From Patescibacteria group bacterium (GTDB lineage: Bacteria > Patescibacteriota > Minisyncoccia > Phycocordibacterales > UBA9973): a stretch of 64,000 bases of DNA. Below, in pieces: positions 10,175 to 20,785 of this stretch. Location of the stretch: the NCBI GenBank assembly GCA_040384805.1, contig JAZKIP010000008.1, forward strand, positions 36,749-100,748. Reading direction: 5' to 3'. The notes below the pieces were generated by a model. It was not told where the DNA came from and searched no databases. It saw only the letters and a program-made list of their open reading frames with translations. The position numbers and the translations under genes are program-made. How positions within the stretch are numbered: the first letter of the stretch is position 1; each line of letters opens with the position of its first letter.

Positions 10175-10642
10175 CTAAAACGGTATATCTTCGGCATTTA
10201 TCTCTTCGTCTGGATATTCGATCGTATCGAGTTCGTCATCTTGTGAGGATCCTTGGGCTTGAGGTTTGGAAGCACTTTGGCTTGGGCCGCTTGATTCACT
10301 GCGAGATCCTCCGCCTGATGATCCGAATTGGACCCGGTCTGCAATGATTTCGGTACGGTACTTTTTCGTGCCCGTGCCGGCGTCATCCCAGCTGCGGGTC
10401 TGCATGCGTCCTTCGATCATAACTTGGCTGCCTTTCTTCATATACTGGGCGACAGTCTCCGCCTGACGGCCGAAGACGACGATATTATGGTAATCAGCCG
10501 ACTCCTGACGGGCACCGTTCTTATCTTTCCAGACGCGGTTGGTCGCGACGGAGAAACTGCACACCTTGATCCCCGATGGAATGGCTTTGAGCTCCGGATC
10601 GCGGGTAAGATTGCCGATGATAAATGCTTTGTTTAGGTACAT
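10175..10642 (-). CDS. ssb: Single-stranded DNA-binding protein
   Basis: LNKAFIIGNLTRDPE; EGRMQTRSW; C-terminal DIPF. Confidence 0.97.
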   Translation of the reverse strand: MYLNKAFIIGNLTRDPELKAIPSGIKVCSFSVATNRVWKDKNGARQESADYHNIVVFGRQAETVAQYMKKGSQVMIEGRMQTRSWDDAGTGTKKYRTEIIADRVQFGSSGGGSRSESSGPSQSASKPQAQGSSQDDELDTIEYPDEEINAEDIPF

Positions 10643-10674
10643 ATGTAGTTTATAGATTGCTGTTAATCTTCTTA

Positions 10675-11172
10675 TTATACTACAAGCGCGTCAATTTCCT
10701 TGTCGATGACTTCTTCGTTGATTGGGCCCGTTTCTTCGGATCGATTCGTTCGCGGACGCCGTGCTCCTTCTGTCTTGCCGTACGGACGCTTGGAAGACAT
10801 CGTGCTTTCGCGGACGGTCGTTATCATAAGATAGCGGACGAGCTTCTCGTTCTTATCGAGGCTTTCCTTGATCGCTTTCCCCTGAACCGTCGTGCACTCG
10901 AATTTTACCCAGCCGAAGTATCCGTATGAGAACTTCTGCTTCTTGTTGGCGATCGAGCGGGACATTTCGTACGCAAGTTCCATCATCTTAGGGTATTCAT
11001 CCGATATGAATATAGCTCCCTGCGCCTGGAGTTCATCCTTGAAAGCTGTTACTTCTCCTCCTACATTTTCCTCTGAGATCGTCGGCACCATGAGATATCC
11101 GACTTCATAAACACTCATGCGGCCTTCTGCCTTATTCTCATCTATATCATGAGATTCTGTTGTTTTTGCCAT
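10675..11172 (-). CDS. rpsF: 30S ribosomal protein S6
   Basis: YEVGYL, LAYEM and LVRYLMI motifs; canonical rpsF-ssb-rpsR order. Confidence 0.9.
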   Translation of the reverse strand: MAKTTESHDIDENKAEGRMSVYEVGYLMVPTISEENVGGEVTAFKDELQAQGAIFISDEYPKMMELAYEMSRSIANKKQKFSYGYFGWVKFECTTVQGKAIKESLDKNEKLVRYLMITTVRESTMSSKRPYGKTEGARRPRTNRSEETGPINEEVIDKEIDALVV

Positions 11173-11292
11173 GAATAATGCGTAAAAATACGCGATAATT
11201 TTTGCTTTTAATGATGTTTCGCTATGGACCTTTGTGTACCGACTTTAAGGCCGGGACAAACGAAACGTTTAAATATACTAGCAGAAATAAGG

Positions 11293-12135
11293 CTATATGT
11301 CAAAAACGCGCTTTGCGTTTGAGAGGATCTGCGAAGCAACTTCTTCGACAGGCAGGGATTTTATCTCTGCGATCTTTTTCACCACTTCTTCAACATAGAG
11401 GGGCTCATTGCGTTTCCCTCGATGCGGGGCAGGCGTCACATACGGCGAATCTGTTTCCGACATGATCATATCAAGAGGCGTAGTGCGAATAATGTCGTCG
11501 TAATTGCGCGCGAAGGTGATCACTCCCGTAAACGACAGAGTAAACCCGAAATTAAGAAATCCCTTCGCATCTTCGGGAGTCCCTGCGAAGAAATGAACAT
11601 CGCCCTTAACTCGTGCATGCTCTCTGAGAATTGCGAGAGCGTCGGAATAGGCATTGCGGCTTGTATCATCCGGATTGTTGCGGATATGAAGCATGAGCGG
11701 CTTGTTGAATTCATTGGCAAGTTCAATTTGAGAGATAAAGGCTTTCTTTTGCTTCTCAATTGATTCTTCCGTGCATCGATAGTAATCGAGACCACACTCG
11801 CCGATACCGACAACTTTCGGATCTTTTAGTAATTCACGATACGCATCCTTGTCGAATGTTTCCCCGCGCGATGTGAATTCCTTGCCGCCTTCTCCAAGCT
11901 CTTTCTCGTCATGATATGATGCGCCAGTATGAATAGGGTGAAGACCGATGATCGCGTACACTCCCCGAGGATAGCGATTAGCTATCTCAACCGCCTTACG
12001 TGATGTATCGAGTTGAGTTCCGACATTGATTATCCATGTGTCATTATTAAGAGCACGCGCAATAGCCGCATCGCGGTCCTCGTCGAATGCTTTGAAATTT
12101 ACATGTGAATGGATGTCGATGTATTTCGGAGTCAT
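11293..12135 (-). CDS. tatD: TatD family DNase
   Basis: DIHSH, GLHP, GECGLDY and ETDSPY motifs. Confidence 0.94.
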   Translation of the reverse strand: MTPKYIDIHSHVNFKAFDEDRDAAIARALNNDTWIINVGTQLDTSRKAVEIANRYPRGVYAIIGLHPIHTGASYHDEKELGEGGKEFTSRGETFDKDAYRELLKDPKVVGIGECGLDYYRCTEESIEKQKKAFISQIELANEFNKPLMLHIRNNPDDTSRNAYSDALAILREHARVKGDVHFFAGTPEDAKGFLNFGFTLSFTGVITFARNYDDIIRTTPLDMIMSETDSPYVTPAPHRGKRNEPLYVEEVVKKIAEIKSLPVEEVASQILSNAKRVFDI

Positions 12136-12140
12136 ACCAA

Positions 12141-13583
12141 TTAGTCTTTTCGCGCAAAAAGAGGCGTTTCCGGCTTTTTATTTTCTCTGATCAGGTTTTT
12201 AAGTTTCTCATTCGTTTCCGGAAGTATGGGATTGAGCATTCGGGCGATTTGATAAAGGCGAAGCACATGATCGCGAATAAGATCTTTCCCTTTTTCAGGA
12301 TCGACCTTAATTACTTTAAAAGGTTCGGATTCCTGTATTGCGCGATCGAGATTCTGAATCTCGTTCCATATATAATCGGTTACTTTTTTAAGATCGAAGG
12401 AGTCATACATCGCAAAATAATCTTCAAAATCAGATTTTTCCGGTATGGGCGGACACTCATCCAGATATTTTTCAGACAAGGCTAAGATTCGGCTTGCAAG
12501 ATTTCCAAGACCATTGGCGAGTCCCGAATTGTAAGCCTCCTTGAATCTTTCCATGGTAAACGGACTGTCCTCGAAGGGAGAGAGTTCGCGCATGACGAAA
12601 TAACGCAACGCATCAGTGCCATATTCTTTCACCACATCATAAGGATTGATCACATTGCCGATTGATTTGGACATCTTAATGCCGCCATCGCCCGTGATGA
12701 ATCCCTCGACGATGATCTGACGCGAACATGGCAGATCCGCCGCCATGAGCATCGCCTGCCACATCGCCGACTGCTGGCGGAGATTATCCTTGCCGCAATA
12801 TTGAGTCGGCGTTCCATTGATCCAGTATTTCTCGAATTGCTCGCTATCTTCCGGCCAACCGAGAGTAGAGATATAGTTCACCAGGGCATCGAACCATACA
12901 TACATTACATGATCCTCATCCCCCGGTACTGGCACCCCCCACGGCATCTTCGAGGCAAGGCGGGAAATGGAAAAATCTTCGAGTCCTCCGGAGACAAATG
13001 ATTTAATTTCATTGAAACGGAAATCCGGCAGAACGAAATGATCGTTCTTTTCATACAAAGAAAGAAGAGATTCTTGAAATGCCGAGAATTTAAAGAAATA
13101 ATTTTCCTCGTCGATTAATTCAAGAGGCTTGCCGGGGTGAATCGGACATTGTCCGTTCTCGTCGAGCTCCGAATCAGTTTTCTCCAATTCGCATCCGACG
13201 CAGTATTTCGTCTGGTATGTTTTCTTGTAAATGTATCCTCTGTCGTTGCATCGCTTCCAGAATACCTCTGCGGCTTTCACATGATGAGCATCAGTCGTAC
13301 GGATAAAATGCACGTCATCCGAAATGCCAAGAAGGCCTTTAAGCCCCCGGAACCTTTCTGCGTATTCGTCGACATACACCTGAATATCCTTGCCCTCGGC
13401 CTGTGCCGCGATCCACAGTTTCTGCCCATGCTCGTCCGTTCCCGTATTGAAAAAAACATCAAAGCCTTCGAGCTTCTTGGCGCGGGCAATTGCGTCAGCC
13501 CGGATGATCTCCATCGCGAATCCGACATGGGGATCGGCATTCACATACGGAAGTGTCGTTGTTATGTAGAAAGATGTGGGCAT
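12141..13583 (-). CDS. metG: Methionine--tRNA ligase (short form)
   Basis: YVNADPHVG, GTDEHG, YVWFDAL and KMSKS motifs. Confidence 0.96.
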   Translation of the reverse strand: MPTSFYITTTLPYVNADPHVGFAMEIIRADAIARAKKLEGFDVFFNTGTDEHGQKLWIAAQAEGKDIQVYVDEYAERFRGLKGLLGISDDVHFIRTTDAHHVKAAEVFWKRCNDRGYIYKKTYQTKYCVGCELEKTDSELDENGQCPIHPGKPLELIDEENYFFKFSAFQESLLSLYEKNDHFVLPDFRFNEIKSFVSGGLEDFSISRLASKMPWGVPVPGDEDHVMYVWFDALVNYISTLGWPEDSEQFEKYWINGTPTQYCGKDNLRQQSAMWQAMLMAADLPCSRQIIVEGFITGDGGIKMSKSIGNVINPYDVVKEYGTDALRYFVMRELSPFEDSPFTMERFKEAYNSGLANGLGNLASRILALSEKYLDECPPIPEKSDFEDYFAMYDSFDLKKVTDYIWNEIQNLDRAIQESEPFKVIKVDPEKGKDLIRDHVLRLYQIARMLNPILPETNEKLKNLIRENKKPETPLFARKD

Positions 13584-13587
13584 ATAT

Positions 13588-14655
13588 TTAGGTAGCTACG
13601 CGCGCAACTTTGTCTTTCTCGATATCGTCGAGGAATTCAAGAAGGCAGACGGCAACAGGAATCGCGAGTACTACTCCCCAGAACCCGATCAGTTCGGCAC
13701 CGATAAGAACAGATAGAATGACGACAAGAGGCGAAACGCCGATGACTTTCTTGATAATGAGCGGATAGATGAGATAGTTTTCAAATTGATGAAGAATAAA
13801 GTAAAGAGCAAAGGTCATGAAGGCCAGACTCACTCCCCCGTCGAGATAGCTAAAGAGCATGGCAGGAATAACCGCAAGGAAGATGCCGAACGGAATAAGT
13901 TCAGAGAAGCCGGTGATAAGGGCAAGAATAAACGAATACTTTACTCCCATAATTGTGAGTCCGAGATATGTCAGGACGCCGATAATGAGGCCCAGAAGCA
14001 TCTGCCCTTGCATCCACAGTCCTATCTTGTGCTCTGTCCTTTGCCAGAGACCGATAATGTATTCTTCGGTATCGCGCGGCGTGATGATGCGCAGGAAACT
14101 CTCTATTCCCTTTTCGCGGATCGAAAGATAGAAGGAAACGATGATAATAAGAGCGAGATTGAGCGCGCCTCCGAAGGCTTTTCCGAAGATCGGCAGGAAT
14201 CCGCTTGAAAGAGATGCCACAAAATTCTGAGTGCTCTGTATCACGTCGGATAGAGATGCGTTATGGGAAATAGTCGAAACGACCCCCTTGGCTCCCGATA
14301 TCGTTTCATTCTGAAACGTATTAAGGAAGCTGTTATCCGGAATATAATGGCCAAGCGATGCGACAAGGAGAGACATTTCATTGATGAACACGGGGACGAA
14401 AACCGAGAAGAGTCCGATTATAATAGCGAATGTCAGGATATAAATGAGAAAGACGGTAAGCGTCCTGTTCTTGATATACGGCTTGACCTTGGCAACAGCA
14501 AATTGAACGAATGAAGCGATAACAATGGCAGTGAGGACTATCAGAACGACATTGATAAGCTCAATGAGAGCCACAACAAGAAGCCCGACAAGGAGTATGC
14601 GGATCATCGTCCCCGTCGAAATTGTAACATTGACGTTTTTAGGGTGTTCAGACAT
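13588..14655 (-). CDS. AI-2E family transporter
   Basis: Multi-TM protein; QFENYLIYP and GVVLAIP motifs. Confidence 0.88.
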   Translation of the reverse strand: MSEHPKNVNVTISTGTMIRILLVGLLVVALIELINVVLIVLTAIVIASFVQFAVAKVKPYIKNRTLTVFLIYILTFAIIIGLFSVFVPVFINEMSLLVASLGHYIPDNSFLNTFQNETISGAKGVVSTISHNASLSDVIQSTQNFVASLSSGFLPIFGKAFGGALNLALIIIVSFYLSIREKGIESFLRIITPRDTEEYIIGLWQRTEHKIGLWMQGQMLLGLIIGVLTYLGLTIMGVKYSFILALITGFSELIPFGIFLAVIPAMLFSYLDGGVSLAFMTFALYFILHQFENYLIYPLIIKKVIGVSPLVVILSVLIGAELIGFWGVVLAIPVAVCLLEFLDDIEKDKVARVAT

Positions 14656-14687
14656 ACCCTTATAATACCATAGCGCTATGGGGAATA

Positions 14688-15959
14688 CTAAAATTTCAAG
14701 ATCTTTTCAAGAGGCTTCTTGTTTTTCACAGGTCCGATAAGGGCCATATTCAAGAATTTCGTCTTGAATATTATTTTCGCCATTTTTTGAATATCGGATG
14801 CCGTCACTTTTTCAATATCTTTTATCCTTTCGTTGAGAGTTTTTATTTCCCCTTTCAGGAGTTCCTGCATTCCGTAAAACTGGGCGATGTCGTCCGTCGC
14901 TTCCAGGGATAATTTCATATTGCCGGACATAAATGACTTTACTTTGGCAAGTTCCGTATCGCTTACCTTTTCCTCCATAAGCTTCACGCACTCCTTCAGA
15001 ATCTCCCTGATCACTTCCTCGGTACGGGCATTATTGACCCCGGCCGATATCTGGAAGCTTCCATGATCAAGGGAGGCGTCATTGTACGCCCGGACATAGT
15101 AGGCGACGCCCATTTCTTCTCGCAGTTTGTTGAAAAGCCGCGAACTCATCCCAGCTCCTAAAATCGCTCCAAGCACCGAGAGAACAGAGTTACGTTTGTC
15201 GAAGAGATCGAAGCTCCGGACACCAAGGACGAAATGCGTCTGGTCTGTTTCCTTGTGCTTGATGAGGATCTGCGGCTTTGCCTGAATGTCTTTCGTCTTT
15301 ATTTTCTTTCCTTTCACCGACATGTCGACATTTTTGAAATGCTTTCGGACTTCCTCATATACCTTCTCGGAAGTTACCGATCCTGCAACCACAATAACGG
15401 TGCTTGCCGCTACATAGTGGGCTTTCTTGTATTGTATAAAATCAGCGCGGGTCATGGCGCGGATGTTTTCTTTCGGTCCCGCGATATTCCATCCTGCCGG
15501 CTGATCTCCGTAAAGAACTTCCTGGAAAAGATCCTGAACATGCCGTGACGGCATATCCTCGTACATGTTGATCTCCTCGATGATGACGCCCTTTTCCTTT
15601 TCTATCTCCGGTTCAGGGAATGTGGAATTCAGGTAGATGTCGGAAACGACATCGAAAATCTTTCCGAAATTCTTGGCATCAGACTTGGCATAGTAGCCGG
15701 TCATCTCGTGATCAGTAAAAGCGTTGTATTGGCAGCCGAGAGCGTCAAGCTCGTGGGATATCGCCTGTGCGCTCGGACGCTTGACCGTGCCCTTGAAGCA
15801 CATATGCTCAAGAAAATGCGAAATACCGTTGACCCTCTTGGACTCATAATCGGATCCCGTGCCAACAAGGACGAGCACTGTGACTGTGGGATTGTCCTTC
15901 ATAGGGACCGTCACCACCCGCAAGCCGTTTTTAAAAATTTTCTTTTTAGCTTTTTGCAT
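14688..15959 (-). CDS. M16 family zinc peptidase
   Basis: HFLEH (HXXEH), EKEKGVIIEE and SSRLF motifs. Confidence 0.93.
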   Translation of the reverse strand: MQKAKKKIFKNGLRVVTVPMKDNPTVTVLVLVGTGSDYESKRVNGISHFLEHMCFKGTVKRPSAQAISHELDALGCQYNAFTDHEMTGYYAKSDAKNFGKIFDVVSDIYLNSTFPEPEIEKEKGVIIEEINMYEDMPSRHVQDLFQEVLYGDQPAGWNIAGPKENIRAMTRADFIQYKKAHYVAASTVIVVAGSVTSEKVYEEVRKHFKNVDMSVKGKKIKTKDIQAKPQILIKHKETDQTHFVLGVRSFDLFDKRNSVLSVLGAILGAGMSSRLFNKLREEMGVAYYVRAYNDASLDHGSFQISAGVNNARTEEVIREILKECVKLMEEKVSDTELAKVKSFMSGNMKLSLEATDDIAQFYGMQELLKGEIKTLNERIKDIEKVTASDIQKMAKIIFKTKFLNMALIGPVKNKKPLEKILKF

Positions 15960-16497
15960 ATTGTTCTTTTTGCAACATAAGGATATCGTATCCCGTCATG
16001 ATGCGATCTTCTGATTTAATACCGAGAGACAAGAAAAATGTAAACATCTCGTCTTGGATTTTTTCCGAGTCTCCATCTGTTACAAGTTTTTCCATTTCTA
16101 TATACGAACCGAGATTCTCAACTTCATCTATACATATTTCATATTCATCATGATGAGTTATTATTCTCGTTTTATTTACATAAACAGCTTTTTGATAACC
16201 CATTAAAAGAAGCGCGTTTTCCATTTCCCCGGGAGAAGTGATTTCAGTTTCATATTCCAATGCATCAAGATCATTTTTGATTCTCTTTTTTAGGGTAAAA
16301 AAACTTTTTAGATTGTTCTTTATTCTGATACGAAGAAAAACATCATTCTTATTATATTCTTCTGCGGAACCGAGGTTTTTTACATAAACAACATCATTCT
16401 GCGTAATCTGTTCTTCAAAAGAACAACCGAGGTTTTTTAATTTTCCAACGATCTCTTCTTTATTATTTAATTTTGCTTTTATCTCTATTTCCTTCAT
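15946..16497 (-). CDS. CYTH domain protein (class IV adenylate cyclase-like)
   Basis: EIEIK, LRIR and DEVENLGSYIEME motifs; AT-richer than its neighbours. Confidence 0.85.
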   Translation of the reverse strand: MKEIEIKAKLNNKEEIVGKLKNLGCSFEEQITQNDVVYVKNLGSAEEYNKNDVFLRIRIKNNLKSFFTLKKRIKNDLDALEYETEITSPGEMENALLLMGYQKAVYVNKTRIITHHDEYEICIDEVENLGSYIEMEKLVTDGDSEKIQDEMFTFFLSLGIKSEDRIMTGYDILMLQKEQYAKS

Positions 16498-17817
16498 CTA
16501 ATTCAATCGGTCTTTTATATAATCAACAATCTCATCTTTCTTAATGCGCTCCTGGAGCCCCGTATCGCGGTCGCGGACAGTAACGGAATCATCAGCGAGA
16601 GTATCGAAGTCTATGACGATACACCACGGCGTGCCGATCTCGTCCTGCCTGCGGTATCGCTTGCCGATATTACCATTGTCGTCCCACATGACGCGGCCAA
16701 ACTCATTCTTAAGCGTGCGATAGACCAGGTGGGCGTACTCGCGAAGCTCGGGCTTATTTTTCAAGAGAGGCGATACGGCACAGATGACAGGCGCAACGGA
16801 CGGCTTGAATGCAAGGTAGGGGCGGACTTCTTCCTTGCCGTTATTATCTTCCTTGTAGGCACTTACAAGAAGCGCAAGCATCGTACGTTCAACCCCAAAC
16901 GTCGGTTCGATAACATGGGGCACCACGCGCTCTTTCGTTTCTTCGTCAAAATATGAAAGATCCTTCGAGCTTGCTTTCATATGATTCTCGAGATCAAAAT
17001 CCGTCCGATATGCAAGACCGTATAATTCCTTTCGTCCGAACGGGAAATCAAATTCAAAATCAATCGTGCGTGACGAATAATGCGCACGGTCGGCTGCCTC
17101 GACTTCAAGCTCATGAACATGATTCATGTCGATGCCGATTGTCTCCATCCATTGAAGCATCTCCCCCCTCCAGTATTCGAAATGATTTTCCCAATTCTCG
17201 GGCTTCAGGAAATATTCTATCTCCATCTGCTCGATCTCGCGGACACGGAAGATAAAGTCACGCGGAGTAATTTCATTGCGAAACGCTTTTCCTATTTGCG
17301 CCAAGCCGAACGGCAGTTTCGGATGAAATGAATCGACGACATTCTTGAAATTTACGAACATTCCCTGTGCAGTTTCCGGACGGAGATACACTGTCGAAGA
17401 CGAATCCTCTGCTGCGCCGATCTCTGTCTTAAACATCATGTTGAATTTCCGCTCCTCAGTAAATGATCCTCCGCATTCGGGACATGCGCTCCTGTCTTGC
17501 AGCTGATCCGCACGGAATCTCTTTTTGCATTTCGTGCATTCGACAAGGGGATCCGAGAAATTATCAACGTGACCTGTCGCCTTCCAAACGGAAGCATTCA
17601 TGAGAATGGCAGCGTCGACGCCGTATACGTCTTCACGCGATTCGACGAACATCTTCCACCAGAGATTCTTGATATTGTTCTTAAGCGCCACTCCCAAAGG
17701 ACCGTAGTCCCACGTACCGGCCAATCCGCCATAAATTTCAGAACCTTGGTAAATAAAGCCTCTTCGCTTGGCGAGAGAGATGAGGGTTTCCATCAAATTG
17801 TTTTCCTGTTTTTCCAT
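16498..17817 (-). CDS. glyQS: Glycine--tRNA ligase (alpha2 type)
   Basis: LRPETAQG, GKAFRNEITP, VIEPTFG and GKRYRRQDEIGTP motifs. Confidence 0.96.
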   Translation of the reverse strand: MEKQENNLMETLISLAKRRGFIYQGSEIYGGLAGTWDYGPLGVALKNNIKNLWWKMFVESREDVYGVDAAILMNASVWKATGHVDNFSDPLVECTKCKKRFRADQLQDRSACPECGGSFTEERKFNMMFKTEIGAAEDSSSTVYLRPETAQGMFVNFKNVVDSFHPKLPFGLAQIGKAFRNEITPRDFIFRVREIEQMEIEYFLKPENWENHFEYWRGEMLQWMETIGIDMNHVHELEVEAADRAHYSSRTIDFEFDFPFGRKELYGLAYRTDFDLENHMKASSKDLSYFDEETKERVVPHVIEPTFGVERTMLALLVSAYKEDNNGKEEVRPYLAFKPSVAPVICAVSPLLKNKPELREYAHLVYRTLKNEFGRVMWDDNGNIGKRYRRQDEIGTPWCIVIDFDTLADDSVTVRDRDTGLQERIKKDEIVDYIKDRLN

Positions 17818-17844
17818 TGATAATTTATGAACTGTAAGTTGTAA

Positions 17845-19737
17845 TTATTGCACAACACGCTCGTCTCCGATTTTATAGATAGGATCATTGGTAAGAACCG
17901 TCGTAATCGGGGCCTTGCGAGCCTTAATGAGAGTTTGCGTGAAAGAATCGGTGCCGGTAAGATTGATATCTCTCATAAGCTGAGGAACGCTTCCGACCTG
18001 AGACAAAGAAGGATTAAGAGCAATGGTGAAAGATGCTTCTCGGTTCGAACTGAATCCCGTGTTGGATTTGACCGTGCCTATAGTCCAGATTACTTCTCTG
18101 GTAACATCATTATATGACACATTTTCCGACACGCTTCCCGTCTTTCCGATCCACGTCACATAAGTCGGCAGCACGGAGCGAGCTTGAGCCTGTAGGACAT
18201 TGTTTGCGGAATTCGAAAGTGTCCACGTGACCGTATACTGCGTTTGAGATTCTGCTTTCGGAGGCAAAGGACCTGATTTATGGACTGCCGAGGAGGCAAT
18301 TTGAAAATCGGAGACGATTTTGACGGTTTTCTTCGCGAAATTATTTATATTGTCGAAGGTCGAACCGAGTGTCGGCTGGCGCCCGCGGATACTGACATCA
18401 AGAAACACCTGAGGATCCTTGACTGTCGTTCCGACAAGAGAGATCGGCCGAAATGAGAAGGATACCGCTCCACGTCCGCCCGGCTCGACATCGCCGAGAT
18501 CCGATGTGGTATTTCTGTCCCAGATGATCTGGTTCTTCGCTGAATCGAAGAACCCGTCCTTGGCGTCGACTGTCGTCTTATCATATGCATTCCCGGACAG
18601 CGTGACGATAATCTGGGCGTCAGTAATGCGGTTCGAAAGGTTATTCGCCCACTCTATGGTTGCCGTGACGGCTTCGCCGCCCGAAGCGGTATATGTCGGC
18701 AGATCCTGATTATCGACTAGAATATGCGCCTCAAGGAACGGCTTGGCAAGAGTAACAGCATGCAAGAGCGATGTATAGACCACGCTCACCGCCGACTGAT
18801 CACTCGCGCTCGTTGTCCCCGCATACGCATGGAACACCTGCTCGTCGCCGTTCTGCCCGATCAAGCGACCCTTCACGGTGACCGTAATAGGAGCCGCCTG
18901 AGACAGACTTTCAAGGCTGAAAATCGAATTGCCATAGAGCGGCGCGGGAACAGCGCTCTCAAAAACGAAATTGCCGGGATACGCCAATTGAAGCATTGTT
19001 TTTCCTTCGGGCAAAGTCGTATTCAATGTGGCGGTTACGGCAAGAGCGATCTCCTGTTCCGATGTCGCCTGAGCGGGAGCTTGTATCACGAGAGATAAGG
19101 GAGCCGAACTGATGGTCACAGGATAGAGTTCTTTCTTGACGAAAATCGCGTTTGAGCCTTCGGGATGATACTCGAGGCTTATCGCCACATTCCGCACCGA
19201 TCTTTCATCTCCGAAGAGGGTAACCTTGATATTGCGCGTAATGCTTTCTCCCGCCTTGATCGTTCCTATTTTCTCCCGCGGCAGACGGATCACGTCAAGC
19301 GGGTCATTTTCCGCGCCGCGAGGATATTCAATCAAGAGATCCGCAAGTTCCAAGCTTGCCTGATTGCGATTCGTAATCTCAATCTGAAGGGCCAACTCTT
19401 CCCCTCCTTTCGTAAAGGCGTTGCCAAGAACCTTGAGATCGATATTATCGTTCGACACCGACGCGCCGCCGTTGAAATACATAAGGCCCGCGAAACCGAG
19501 CGCAATGACGAAAAAGATGATCGATGCGATAAAGAATTTCTTGAATCCCGATGTGGGCGGTTTTTTCATTATAAGAGAATCCTTCTCGGGTATTTTCTTG
19601 GTATCGCCCTGCCACGATTCTCTGACAGGATGATCGATCGGATGAAGAACTCCTTCACGACGGCGGACAACGCTGCCTTCGCGATCGTATAAATGGCGCT
19701 TGACGTCTTCGATCCTGTTTTTATCATTCTCTGCCAT
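17845..19737 (-). CDS. Membrane-anchored Ig-like/DUF11-type surface protein
   Basis: Single N-terminal TM helix followed by beta-rich repeats (IIWD/VIWT...G.V). Confidence 0.65.
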   Translation of the reverse strand: MAENDKNRIEDVKRHLYDREGSVVRRREGVLHPIDHPVRESWQGDTKKIPEKDSLIMKKPPTSGFKKFFIASIIFFVIALGFAGLMYFNGGASVSNDNIDLKVLGNAFTKGGEELALQIEITNRNQASLELADLLIEYPRGAENDPLDVIRLPREKIGTIKAGESITRNIKVTLFGDERSVRNVAISLEYHPEGSNAIFVKKELYPVTISSAPLSLVIQAPAQATSEQEIALAVTATLNTTLPEGKTMLQLAYPGNFVFESAVPAPLYGNSIFSLESLSQAAPITVTVKGRLIGQNGDEQVFHAYAGTTSASDQSAVSVVYTSLLHAVTLAKPFLEAHILVDNQDLPTYTASGGEAVTATIEWANNLSNRITDAQIIVTLSGNAYDKTTVDAKDGFFDSAKNQIIWDRNTTSDLGDVEPGGRGAVSFSFRPISLVGTTVKDPQVFLDVSIRGRQPTLGSTFDNINNFAKKTVKIVSDFQIASSAVHKSGPLPPKAESQTQYTVTWTLSNSANNVLQAQARSVLPTYVTWIGKTGSVSENVSYNDVTREVIWTIGTVKSNTGFSSNREASFTIALNPSLSQVGSVPQLMRDINLTGTDSFTQTLIKARKAPITTVLTNDPIYKIGDERVVQ

Positions 19738-19757
19738 ATGGCGATCATTATATCATA

Positions 19758-20342
19758 CTATAACTGGCTTTCCGTCAGGGCCTTATTGATATGCGAAATA
19801 ATGGATTGCCTTTTCCGGAGCAGGCTTTCCGTTTGAGATTGGTCGAAGGAAGACCCTATATATTCCGCCAGAATTTCGGAATCGCCGATATATCCGAGAG
19901 TATTCATAATATGGAGCACGAGATGAAGCTCAAGAGCTTCGCGCGATGCGGGCAAGAGATGCGAATCGTCGAGGATATGAAGAGCTTGGATAAAAGTATC
20001 GAATATTTTCTCGTGAGGGACCTCTCCGTCGCAGAGGCGTTCGATAAGTTTGCTCGTGCGCGCGATCAAAAGGAGCGACTGCTTATCGCTTCGTGCAAAC
20101 GGAAATGAGGAAATATTCGCAGCCGACGTCACGCGCCACAGGTCGCGGCCGCGGACAAGATCGACCGTGCAGTACGAGAAATCCTGCAGGGAGAAGCGAA
20201 GCTTGGATTTATGAAGTCTGATGCCCTGAACGACTGCACGAACAAGACCCATCTCGCGCGTATAGATAATGAGCATCTTATTAGCCTCGCCCATAGCGCG
20301 AGAACCGAGGATGAATCCGTGAGTGTGATAAATATGGTGCAT
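19758..20342 (-). CDS. recO: DNA repair protein RecO
   Basis: GEANKMLIIYTREMG...QGIR...SKL OB-fold; located near glyQS. Confidence 0.85.
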   Translation of the reverse strand: MHHIYHTHGFILGSRAMGEANKMLIIYTREMGLVRAVVQGIRLHKSKLRFSLQDFSYCTVDLVRGRDLWRVTSAANISSFPFARSDKQSLLLIARTSKLIERLCDGEVPHEKIFDTFIQALHILDDSHLLPASREALELHLVLHIMNTLGYIGDSEILAEYIGSSFDQSQTESLLRKRQSIISHINKALTESQL

Positions 20343-20345
20343 GTG

Positions 20346-20785
20346 CTATTTTTTATCTTCCGAAGTGATTATTAATTTGCCTTCAGGGCCCTTCCAATTG
20401 GTGTAGCGCCACCATGTCGGAGTAAAGCAAAATAATACATCAGTGCTGGGATTATATACTTTTCCCTTTTTCTCAATAAATTTTCCATAATATGCTTTCT
20501 CAAAAATATCGTGATCATTTTCCTTTAGTATGGAAACATATCCATCCAATTGAAGAGTTTTCATATTATTCTCATCAACTCCAATGACAAAAGAGGCACG
20601 ACTTTTATCTTTACCGAGAAGTGCTTCGCTCTTTCGATATGAACGTGATGTCTTGAAGAAAAAAAAGGAGGATTCTCATGTACCGCAAAATGAAGCGTGG
20701 CAGCATGAGGAGAACCATCAGGCATTTCGATTGCCAAGACACCAATACGCTCCCTATTTATGAAATCAATAATTTCCTTGTTCAT
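20346..20785 (-). pseudogene. Pyridoxamine 5'-phosphate oxidase-like (split barrel) gene split by a frameshift at a T8 run
   Basis: One additional T at 20659-20666 joins the two ORFs: ...GVLAIEMPDGSPHAATLHF...PPFFFFKTSRSYRKS...ASFVIGVDENNMKTLQLDG. Confidence 0.75.
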
